A stretch of DNA of 14,753 nucleotides from Fidelibacterota bacterium (GTDB taxonomy: Bacteria; Fidelibacterota; Marinisomatia; Marinisomatales; S15-B10). Positions 1 through 6,914 of this stretch are shown here, in pieces; position 1 is the first letter of the stretch; every line of letters starts with the position of its first letter. The notes below the pieces were generated by a model. The model worked only from the letters and a program-made list of their open reading frames with translations, did no database searches and was not told where the DNA came from. A program made the position numbers and the translations under genes. The stretch lies in the NCBI GenBank assembly GCA_046861655.1, contig JBHIAI010000039.1:1-14753 (forward strand), given 5' to 3'.

Positions 1-2
1 AC

Positions 3-1172
3 GTCTTTTTTCCGCACGGAATCCAGAAGGGCCACAAACCGGTCCGGCCTAACCGGAAACGCCTCCATCTCCCACGATTTTTCCTTGAGAATCCGGGTCA
101 CTTCCCCCACCATCCATTTCGATGCTTCTTTCGGGTCGGCTCCGAGATCAACCGCCTCCTCAAAGTAATCGGCAAATCCGGGATCGGAGGTAAGAATAAG
201 GACATCCTCCAAACGAAGAGCAAACTCTTTCACCAGCCGTTCTTCCCTTTCATGGGGGAGCTCAGGAAGGGCCGCCCTGATCTCTGATAGCCGCTTCTCA
301 GAGACTGTTACCGGCACCAGATCGGGATCGGGGAAATACCGGTAATCGTGAGCCTCCTCCTTGGTCCTCATCACTTCCGCCTTGCGGAGTTCCTCATTCC
401 ACAGCAGGGTCACGTGATCCACTTTCTCCCCCTTCTTGAGAAGCCCCGCCTGCCGCTCAATCTCATATTCAAGACCCCGTTCCACAGAGCGGAATGAATT
501 TAAGTTCTTCATTTCCGTTTTGGTCCCCATGACCGACTTTCCCCGGGGCCTCACCGAAATATTTGCATCACACCGCAGGTTGCCTTCCTCCATATTGCAG
601 TCGCAGATGTCCAGATACTGAAGGATTTGCTTAAGGGTAGAAAGATAGACCCGGGCTTCCAAGGGAGTACGGATAACCGGTTCCGTGACGATCTCCACCA
701 GCGGCACTCCGCAGCGGTTGAAATCCACCGCCGTCCCGTTATCGCGGTGGGCGTGAATCGACTTTCCCGCGTCTTCCTCCAGATGGATGCGTATGAGGGG
801 GATTTCTTTTGTACTTCCACCCAGTCTGATCTTTACGGACCCACCCCTGCACAGGGGTTCTTCATACTGGGATATTTGATACCCCTTGGGGAGATCGGGA
901 TAGAAGTAATTTTTCCGGGCGAATCGGGAAAAGGGGGTGATCTCACAGCCCAGGGCCACACCCAGTCTCAAAGCGTATTCGATGGCCCTGGCGTTGGGTA
1001 CAGGGAGGGAACCAGGGAGTCCCAGACAAACGGGACAGGTGTGTGTGTTAGGGGGGTCTCCGTAGGCGTTCAGGCAGCTGCAGAACATCTTGGTTCGAGT
1101 GGAGAGCTGAGCATGGGCTTCCAAACCGATAACAGCTTCCCACTCCCTCAGAATCGGGGATATCTTGGACAT
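3..1172 (-). CDS. gatB: Asp-tRNA(Asn)/Glu-tRNA(Gln) amidotransferase subunit B (3' end outside window)
   Basis: Not in the ORF track because there is no stop in the window. Manual translation from ATG 1172 gives MSKISPILREWEAVIGLEAHAQLSTRTKMFCSC...NTHTCPVCLGLPGSLP...RKNYFYPDLPKGYQISQYEEPLC...HLEEDAGKS...VDFNRCGVPLVEIVTEP...CNMEEGNLRCDANISV...EMKNLNSF...RTKEEAHDYRYFPDPDL, all GatB signature motifs. Confidence 0.97.
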   Translation of the reverse strand, partial: MSKISPILREWEAVIGLEAHAQLSTRTKMFCSCLNAYGDPPNTHTCPVCLGLPGSLPVPNARAIEYALRLGVALGCEITPFSRFARKNYFYPDLPKGYQISQYEEPLCRGGSVKIRLGGSTKEIPLIRIHLEEDAGKSIHAHRDNGTAVDFNRCGVPLVEIVTEPVIRTPLEARVYLSTLKQILQYLDICDCNMEEGNLRCDANISVRPRGKSVMGTKTEMKNLNSFRSVERGLEYEIERQAGLLKKGEKVDHVTLLWNEELRKAEVMRTKEEAHDYRYFPDPDLVPVTVSEKRLSEIRAALPELPHEREERLVKEFALRLEDVLILTSDPGFADYFEEAVDLGADPKEASKWMVGEVTRILKEKSWEMEAFPVRPDRFVALLDSVRKKD

Positions 1173-1181
1173 GTTGGAACG

Positions 1182-1190
1182 AATTTACCA
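1182..1190 (-). promoter_or_regulatory. Putative extended -10 promoter element for gatB (TGgTAAATT)
   Basis: Minus strand reads ...catGGTAAATTcgttccaacATG. This matches TGnTAnnnT 9 nt before the gatB ATG. No Shine-Dalgarno and no good -35 seen. Confidence 0.45.
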
Positions 1191-1228
1191 TGAGGACGTC
1201 GGCTAAGAAATAAAGAAAATGTCCGGGT

Positions 1229-2086
1229 TTACGGGCTAAACCGGACGGAAAACAGATCAGGATCCGCGGACTCCGTGGAACCGAGGTTGATATTCACCAT
1301 GTACATTCGAATACCGGAATCGGCCAACGTCTTAATCTCCTCAAGAGGAATGGTCTCATCCACGGTCAGCTTGGTCCATCCCCTGGTAAGGTCTTTCACG
1401 CTGCGAATATCATCGGCAGTGAAGTGGAGACAGTAGATCATATCGACCCTGGCGTTTTCCAGCCTGGACAACTGATCAGGATCGGTGATTTCCACCGCTA
1501 CTTTGATGAGCTTCCGGCTTTCTCCGACTTCCCGCGTAACGCGCTGAAGGGCTTCTTTCGCTGAACCTGCCCATTCAATATGGTCCGCGGAAAGATACAC
1601 GATTTCATCCAGTCCCGTGGCGAAGGATACACCTCCCCCCTGCTCAACGGCGTAACGCATCGCCCTGTCGTGCCCCACCGGGAGATCAAGATTGTGGGTT
1701 ACCCGGATGCGTAGGGGTTTGAGCTCATCAACCACGGACTGGATTTTCCGCTGAATCATTGTCAGCATAACCATCAGCGGACGGGCAACCTGCCACCCTG
1801 TGAGGATGGCCTGACCGTTCCCTTCAAGGGTTCCTACAATGCCCCTGGAAAGGTAGGAGGCGTTTTCCGTCTCCTCCGTGGAAACCATCAGGCTGGAATC
1901 CCCGTGCTTCATGACCGCCTCCATGAGCCGGACGCACCAGGCGGGAACTGTGTCGTTTGCGACGACCTCGGCCCGGGTGTGGCGGGGATACGGCCACAGG
2001 CTTTCTGCGGTCACATCCCCGTCACCGAGCCTCCTGTCGTACAAGTCAAGAACCTGTTCAACGGCTTCTGCGTAAAGATCGGACAC
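1229..2086 (-). CDS. NadC/quinolinate phosphoribosyltransferase-fold protein with degenerate active site (probable pseudoenzyme)
   Basis: 285 aa, GTG start. Collinear with NadC over the full length (GDGDVT; RYAVEQGGG...GL; DHIEWAGS; KVAVE; DMI..LHF), but the ER, TRK, NHR, K-D-N-H, LDN and SGG motifs are substituted. Confidence 0.8.
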   Translation of the reverse strand: MSDLYAEAVEQVLDLYDRRLGDGDVTAESLWPYPRHTRAEVVANDTVPAWCVRLMEAVMKHGDSSLMVSTEETENASYLSRGIVGTLEGNGQAILTGWQVARPLMVMLTMIQRKIQSVVDELKPLRIRVTHNLDLPVGHDRAMRYAVEQGGGVSFATGLDEIVYLSADHIEWAGSAKEALQRVTREVGESRKLIKVAVEITDPDQLSRLENARVDMIYCLHFTADDIRSVKDLTRGWTKLTVDETIPLEEIKTLADSGIRMYMVNINLGSTESADPDLFSVRFSP

Positions 2087-2104
2087 CCGTGGACGTCCCC
2101 GTGG

Positions 2105-2635
2105 TTAGGGCCACCGTTTCCGCTTTGATTTCATCTTCATTTTCATCTCGTGCTGATCGGACCCCATGCCGGCACGTCTCCTCACATGGTGCCAAAGATC
2201 ACGCTTGAACCGGCCTTCGAACACCAGGAACCTGGCTTTTTGTTCCGGGGTCAAAATGTCGCCCAGGCCTTCGAAGAACTCACGCTTCTTGTCCAGCTTC
2301 TCCTTCTCAATGACAGTGACTTCCTCCAGAATCCTGGACAGGTCTTTCCCCTGGATCTTCTTTCCCTCGTCCAGCATGGCGTCCACTTCTTTCAAAAGAT
2401 CACTCTGTTTATCACTCAGCGCTCGCACCTGATCGGTAAAGGAACTATGCCGTGGAAAAAACACTTTCGCCTGGTCTTCTGTCAGTTCCAGAACTTCTGT
2501 GAGTTTCCACATTTTCATCATTCGAATACCCTCGTCGCGCTGAGGCATCTCCATTCCATGAGGACCCGGTCCGTAAGGCGGTTCCTGGGCCACGGCTACA
2601 GCGAGCAGAAAAAGGTATACTTTAATCCATTTCAT
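2105..2635 (-). CDS. Spy/CpxP-like (LTxxQ motif) periplasmic helical protein
   Basis: Signal peptide MKWIKVYLFLLAVAVA|QE, Gly/Pro/Met/His-rich N-terminus, two LTxxQ motifs (LELTEDQ, ILTPEQK), helical charged core. GGAGG SD upstream. Lies after an ECF/anti-sigma pair. Confidence 0.75.
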   Translation of the reverse strand: MKWIKVYLFLLAVAVAQEPPYGPGPHGMEMPQRDEGIRMMKMWKLTEVLELTEDQAKVFFPRHSSFTDQVRALSDKQSDLLKEVDAMLDEGKKIQGKDLSRILEEVTVIEKEKLDKKREFFEGLGDILTPEQKARFLVFEGRFKRDLWHHVRRRAGMGSDQHEMKMKMKSKRKRWP

Positions 2636-2638
2636 CGT

Positions 2639-3061
2639 CTAACCCTCCGAATTGGATGGTGATTGGAAGTCAATGTATCCCAGCTGATCCAGTGTTTCCA
2701 CCGTTTTCCAGCCGTTCCCCATGAGATCGGCCTCCTGGATCAGGTAGTTCAGCGCTTCCAGAACAAGGGACGGATCCGCCCAGTCTACCTCTATCGTGTC
2801 CGTCTCACCAATATCAGAAAACAGGGCGAACTCATCATAGACCAGGTAGTCCTGATCCGAGGAGTTCCTCAAGTTCTGGAACAGACCCAGGGTGGTAATC
2901 AGGACGGCGGCCGCGGTGGTAACGGTCACGGCCAGTGTCTGTCTGACCTTTCTTCTATGAGTTAGGGTCCGGTGAAGCCGGTCAAGGAAATCGTGAGGGT
3001 CCGGTGCCTCGATCGTCCGATCAGCGGCCGCAATCAGTCTTTCTTCCAGGTCTTGGGTCAT
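2639..3061 (-). CDS. Putative single-pass membrane anti-sigma factor
   Basis: Short cytoplasmic N-terminus ending in basic HRRKVR, one hydrophobic helix (TLAVTVTTAAAVLITTLGLF), acidic C-terminal part. ATGA overlap with the ECF sigma gene. Function is inferred from position and topology. Confidence 0.65.
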   Translation of the reverse strand: MTQDLEERLIAAADRTIEAPDPHDFLDRLHRTLTHRRKVRQTLAVTVTTAAAVLITTLGLFQNLRNSSDQDYLVYDEFALFSDIGETDTIEVDWADPSLVLEALNYLIQEADLMGNGWKTVETLDQLGYIDFQSPSNSEG

Positions 3062-3576
3062 GATTCGTCCAGGGCCTTCCTCAGGTTCTTGAGAGCGTAG
3101 TGGAAATTCACCTTGGCGTTGTTCTCCGATATTTTCAGGATTCCACCAACTTCCTTAAAGGCGAGTCCCTGAAAGATTCTCAATATCACCACTTCCCTCT
3201 GCCTTTTTGGCAGCTTCCCGACAGCTTTCCATAGTGCGGGGAAGACGGTTTCATGGTCTCCTCCTTGCGACGGAAGATCGTCCGGGTTAACCGAACGGAA
3301 CAGCGTCTGGCGCAACTTCCGCTTCCGGAAGAACGTGTTGGCCACGTTGACGGAGATACGGTACAGCCAGGTGGAAAAGGACGATTCAAGCCGGAATCTC
3401 TTGAGACCGCGATGTACCCGGATGTACGTTTCCTGGCACAGGTCGTCCGCCTCCATCCTGTCTCCGACCATCCGGAAGAAAAACCGGAAGCTGTGTTGAT
3501 AGTACCGCGTGACAAGTTCATCAAACGCCCCTGTCTCTCCTTGTTGAAACCGTTGAACCAGCTGCTCATCCGTCAT
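3058..3576 (-). CDS. ECF-family (RpoE/SigW-like) RNA polymerase sigma factor
   Basis: 172 aa. Region 2: AFDELVTRY...EADDLCQETYIRVHRGLKRFRLESSFSTWLYRISVN. Region 4: LPKRQREVVILRIFQGLAFKEVGGILKISENNAKVNFHYA. Confidence 0.95.
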   Translation of the reverse strand: MTDEQLVQRFQQGETGAFDELVTRYYQHSFRFFFRMVGDRMEADDLCQETYIRVHRGLKRFRLESSFSTWLYRISVNVANTFFRKRKLRQTLFRSVNPDDLPSQGGDHETVFPALWKAVGKLPKRQREVVILRIFQGLAFKEVGGILKISENNAKVNFHYALKNLRKALDES

Positions 3577-3591
3577 TAGCCTTCTGCCCCT

Positions 3592-3619
3592 TTTGACACC
3601 GCCGACACGAAAAGGTTAA
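3592..3619 (-). promoter_or_regulatory. Putative autoregulatory ECF-sigma promoter
   Basis: Minus strand TTAACCT (3619-3613), 16 nt spacer, TCAAA (3596-3592). Same geometry as the sigmaE-type consensus GGAACTT-N16-TCAAA, and the -10 ends 15 nt upstream of the sigma ATG. Confidence 0.65.
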
Positions 3620-3764
3620 ACGATACGGCGGCAATTACAAAACTGTTTTCGAGGCGGATGAACCCGCGAGTGTGGTTGGGTTTCTGAGCCCTTGATATCG
3701 CCGTGTGCCCTGGTGCTCAGGCATGGTAAGTATTATGGGCTGTCATCTTGAGACAAGACTAGGA

Positions 3765-3793
3765 TTGCCTTTTGGAAGCGATTCATGTATGAT
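3765..3793 (+). promoter_or_regulatory. Putative sigma70 promoter for helicase-nuclease gene
   Basis: TTGCCT (3765-3770), 17 nt spacer, TATGAT (3788-3793), ending 14 nt before ATG 3808. Confidence 0.6.
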
Positions 3794-3807
3794 TAGGTTG
3801 TTTTCCC

Positions 3808-4854
3808 ATGAGGATTGAGCCTACCAGAAGGCAGAAGGCAGCCATCGTTCACCCTCCGGGGCCACTTTTAATCATTGCAGGAGCGGGAACGGGGAAAACA
3901 ACCACCCTCATACTCCGGATTGAACACATGATCGAAACCGGGCAGGTTCCACCGGAGTCCATTGTAGTGATAACCTATACCGAAAGGGCGGCGGAAGAAC
4001 TGGCAGCAAGGATTGACGGTCACCTGGGAACCCGGAGTGAGGGAATTACTGTTTTCACCTTTCACGCTCTGTGCCGGCACCTGGTGGCAGAATACGGTAC
4101 CTCTCGGGACGCGGCGAAACCGCTGATCCGGGAGAATGACATCGTTTTTCTCCTACTTGACCGGTACGATTCCCTGCATATGCTCACTTCTCAGGCGTTC
4201 AAGTCCGATCCCATGGGTGCTGTAACGGGTAGCTTTATTCCGTTTTTCAACCGGATCCGGGATGAATTGCTTCTTCCGACAGAGGTGACGATCCTGTCCA
4301 GGGAACTCGAGCTCACGGAAGAAACGGTTCCGGGTCAGTTTCCGGGCCTCAGCGACAAGACAGATGCACAGGAATACGTGAGGCAGTTCCATGACCTGGT
4401 GAAGGTGTACGAAACCTACCAGTCGTGGAAAGTCGATCTGGGGGTGGTGGATTACGGTGACATGGTGACAGAATGCTGGGAGATGCTCCGGAACAGCGGC
4501 GACGTACTTCAGGCAGTTCGGGACCGGTACCGGCACATTGTGGTCGACGAATACCAGGATAACAATTACGCCCTGAATCAGATCATGAGTCTCATCGCCG
4601 GAGATAGTCCTGACATCACAGTAGTTGGAGACGAAGATCAGTGCATTTACAGCTTTCGTGGAGCAAACTACTACAACATTTACGATTTCAAGCAACGATA
4701 CGGTGTTACGCCGGAAAACGGTGAAATCTGGCTGGAGGAAAACCACCGTTCCACCCGGGAAATACTGGACCTGGCCAATGTAGCTATCGAAAGTGATAGA
4801 TACCGGACCCCGAAGAAGCTCGTTCCGGCTCAATCCAATCGGGGCCCCATGTAG
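3808..4854 (+). CDS. UvrD/PcrA-family SF1 helicase, N-terminal part of a frameshift-split helicase-nuclease
   Basis: Q motif (RRQKAAI), Walker A AGAGTGKT, Ia ITYTERAA, Ib TFHA, II VVDEYQDNN, III VVGDEDQCIYSFRGA, IV LEENHRST. Terminates at TAG 4852-4854, shortly after motif IV. Confidence 0.92.
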   Translation: MRIEPTRRQKAAIVHPPGPLLIIAGAGTGKTTTLILRIEHMIETGQVPPESIVVITYTERAAEELAARIDGHLGTRSEGITVFTFHALCRHLVAEYGTSRDAAKPLIRENDIVFLLLDRYDSLHMLTSQAFKSDPMGAVTGSFIPFFNRIRDELLLPTEVTILSRELELTEETVPGQFPGLSDKTDAQEYVRQFHDLVKVYETYQSWKVDLGVVDYGDMVTECWEMLRNSGDVLQAVRDRYRHIVVDEYQDNNYALNQIMSLIAGDSPDITVVGDEDQCIYSFRGANYYNIYDFKQRYGVTPENGEIWLEENHRSTREILDLANVAIESDRYRTPKKLVPAQSNRGPM

Positions 4855-4892
4855 GGAACCGGAATCAGACCCTTGAGGAAATCCCCCGGCTA

Positions 4893-6914
4893 GTGGAGAG
4901 TCTGGTGGAACGGGGATACAACTACGGGGACGTGGCGGTTCTATGCCGCACGTGGAACCAGGCGAGGACCGTGGCCGGCGCCTTGGAACGGACCTTTGTT
5001 CCCGTGGATATTTTTGAGGAACACTTTTTCGACAATCCCCTGGTAAAGGACGTTCTGGCCTGGGGAAACCTGCTGTCCCGAAGTTTCGGGACCGGAGCGA
5101 ATGATGCCCTGTTCCGTGTTTTGAGTCAGCAGGCGGGATCTTCATTCGCCGAATCGTTTTTCCGGAGCCAGGAAGAATCCACCCTTGGGGAGCGACTGGC
5201 CCAGCTGAGAACCATGATTGAACCGGATTCGATGGATCAGGAACGGAGAGAGAAGCTTTCTTGGATGCTCGAGACTCTCTCATCGCTCAAGACAAAGCTC
5301 AAACAGAAGCGGCGGGCAGACGAGATGATCTGGGAGATCCTGGATGCCACGGATCTCCTGAAATCCACCCGTCACAGCTATCGCCACCTGGAGCGCCTGG
5401 CTCTGGTCAATGCTGGCCGCCTATTGTCCCTGGCGGAGGATTTTGTGGCCCGGGAAAACCAGTCCAGTGGCGGACTTGACCGATGGTTGAGGTATATGGA
5501 CATTCTGACCCTGAGAGGTTCCATGCCTACCATCTTCTCCCCCGGACCTCGACGGCAAACTGACCTGGGTGTACAGGTGATGACCATTCACGGCAGCAAG
5601 GGGCTAGAGTTTCCGGTCGTCATGATACCGTTTCTTCAAGCAGGGAGTCTTCCCCTCTCCCATACTCCATCATCCACGGTCGATTGTCTTCCGGAATCGT
5701 GGTACCGATGGACAAGACCCAAGAACATGACCCCCCGGGATGAGCAGGTAAGCGAGGAGCGGAGGATTTTCTTTGTTGGGTTGACCCGGGCCAAGAACGA
5801 GATACATTTGTTTGGCCCGGAAAAGCGCCGATCGCTGTTTATCAAGGAGATCTTTGAACGATCGGACCAATGTTTGGAGGTCAAAACTATGGCTGAGACA
5901 TCCTCTACAATTAGCCATCCCAAAGCCTCGGGACAGACCGTGAAGCAGAGGATCCTGGTGGCACTCAACCGCGAACTTTCCAGCGGTCAATACACCTATG
6001 CCCACGAACTCATTGAAGGGCTGAGATCCCTGGATCAAGAAGGGAAACTTCCGGATGATTTTCCTCTTGCCTTCTCGGTAGAAGATCTGGCGGGACTGGA
6101 GCGCCGGCCGGAGGAGACCGGGGAGTCTTCCCCGGCCAGCTTCCCTGCTCCCGGGGAGCCGCCAGGCCTGAGGCCAGAGGTGACTCTCTCGGCCAGCAGC
6201 GCTGAAGAATACGATCGATGTCCCTACAAATACCGACTCAAGGAAATTGACAAGGTTCCGGAGCGCAAAAGCAGGGTCCAGATGGAATTCGGCATCATCA
6301 TCCACCGGGTCCTCGAGGAGTTCCATGCCAGCGGCACTACAGAGTGGGGGCTGGATCATCTCCTATCCCTGCTGGACAAACACTGGAGATCTGAAGCCTT
6401 CGAGTACGTGGTCCGTGAGGAGGAATTCAAGCGACAGGGAATACAGATGCTCACTGATTACTTCCAATTCTCCCTGGCCCATCCCCCTGAGGTTTTGGCC
6501 AGGGAGGCGCGGTTCGATTTCACTCTGGATGAACTTAACGTGCGGGTCGCGGGAAAGATTGACCGCGTGGACCGGGAGGGCGAAGCCCTAAGCGTGACCG
6601 ATTACAAAACTGGGAGAAACAGGGAAAAAGCCGGATCAAGCCTGCAGCTTGCTCTGTACACGGAAGCCCTGAAGCGGAATGCCGTAACAGGCATTGAAGG
6701 CAAACCGGGTTCAGCCCGCCTGCACTTCCTACGCTTTCCAGAGGAGCCGCTGGAAAGTCACCTCTTCTCCTCCAAAGAACTCCAGACGCATCTCGAAACC
6801 CTGGAAAAGGTGGCAAACGGCATCCGGAGAGGGGAGTTTTCCCCAAAGAAAGGGTGGCACTGCAGGTTCTGCGACTACCGGGACTTTCTCTGTCCGGCCT
6901 GGGAAGAAAGCTAA
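4893..6914 (+). CDS. C-terminal part of the UvrD-like helicase plus PD-(D/E)XK (AddA/AddB/AdnB-like) nuclease with Fe-S cysteines; frame is open upstream past 4848
   Basis: Helicase motifs VAVLCRT, V MTIHGSKGLEFPVV, VI EERRIFFVGLTRAK. Nuclease motifs LSASS...CPYKY, GIIIHRVLE, GKIDRVD, DYKTG, QLALY, terminal CRFCDYRDFLC. Confidence 0.92.
   Translation: MESLVERGYNYGDVAVLCRTWNQARTVAGALERTFVPVDIFEEHFFDNPLVKDVLAWGNLLSRSFGTGANDALFRVLSQQAGSSFAESFFRSQEESTLGERLAQLRTMIEPDSMDQERREKLSWMLETLSSLKTKLKQKRRADEMIWEILDATDLLKSTRHSYRHLERLALVNAGRLLSLAEDFVARENQSSGGLDRWLRYMDILTLRGSMPTIFSPGPRRQTDLGVQVMTIHGSKGLEFPVVMIPFLQAGSLPLSHTPSSTVDCLPESWYRWTRPKNMTPRDEQVSEERRIFFVGLTRAKNEIHLFGPEKRRSLFIKEIFERSDQCLEVKTMAETSSTISHPKASGQTVKQRILVALNRELSSGQYTYAHELIEGLRSLDQEGKLPDDFPLAFSVEDLAGLERRPEETGESSPASFPAPGEPPGLRPEVTLSASSAEEYDRCPYKYRLKEIDKVPERKSRVQMEFGIIIHRVLEEFHASGTTEWGLDHLLSLLDKHWRSEAFEYVVREEEFKRQGIQMLTDYFQFSLAHPPEVLAREARFDFTLDELNVRVAGKIDRVDREGEALSVTDYKTGRNREKAGSSLQLALYTEALKRNAVTGIEGKPGSARLHFLRFPEEPLESHLFSSKELQTHLETLEKVANGIRRGEFSPKKGWHCRFCDYRDFLCPAWEES

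Noticed and set aside
627..1193. 188-aa plus-strand ORF (and 436..621, 551..820)
   Set aside because: Antisense or alternative frames of gatB, which accounts for the region.
1229..2086. Annotation as functional nadC or as modD
   Set aside because: Catalytic motifs are absent and there are no nadA/nadB or modABC neighbours, so the gene symbol is withheld.
2087..2104. CCGTGG direct repeat around a GGACGTCC palindrome between the Spy-like and NadC-like genes
   Set aside because: Too short to distinguish from chance in GC-rich DNA, and there is no U-tract to make a terminator.
3741..3758. Short inverted repeats TGTC-N7-GACA and TCTTG-aga-CAAGA upstream of the helicase promoter (possible SOS-type operator)
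   Set aside because: Arms are only 4-5 bp, do not match a LexA box I can name, and were not seen upstream of rmuC. Compatible with chance.
4852..4893. Stop-codon readthrough (pyrrolysine or amber recoding) at TAG 4852
   Set aside because: The same frame hits another TAG at 4891-4893, and the helicase motifs continue in a different (-1) frame. TAG also terminates other genes normally here.
4153..5283. 376-aa minus-strand ORF spanning the helicase frameshift
   Set aside because: Antisense shadow of a motif-rich gene. No recognisable domain, and its composition changes at the frameshift as expected for a shadow frame.
6178..6914. Cas4 / CRISPR association of the Fe-S nuclease
   Set aside because: The domain is fused to a UvrD helicase, and no cas1/cas2 or repeat-spacer array is visible in the window.
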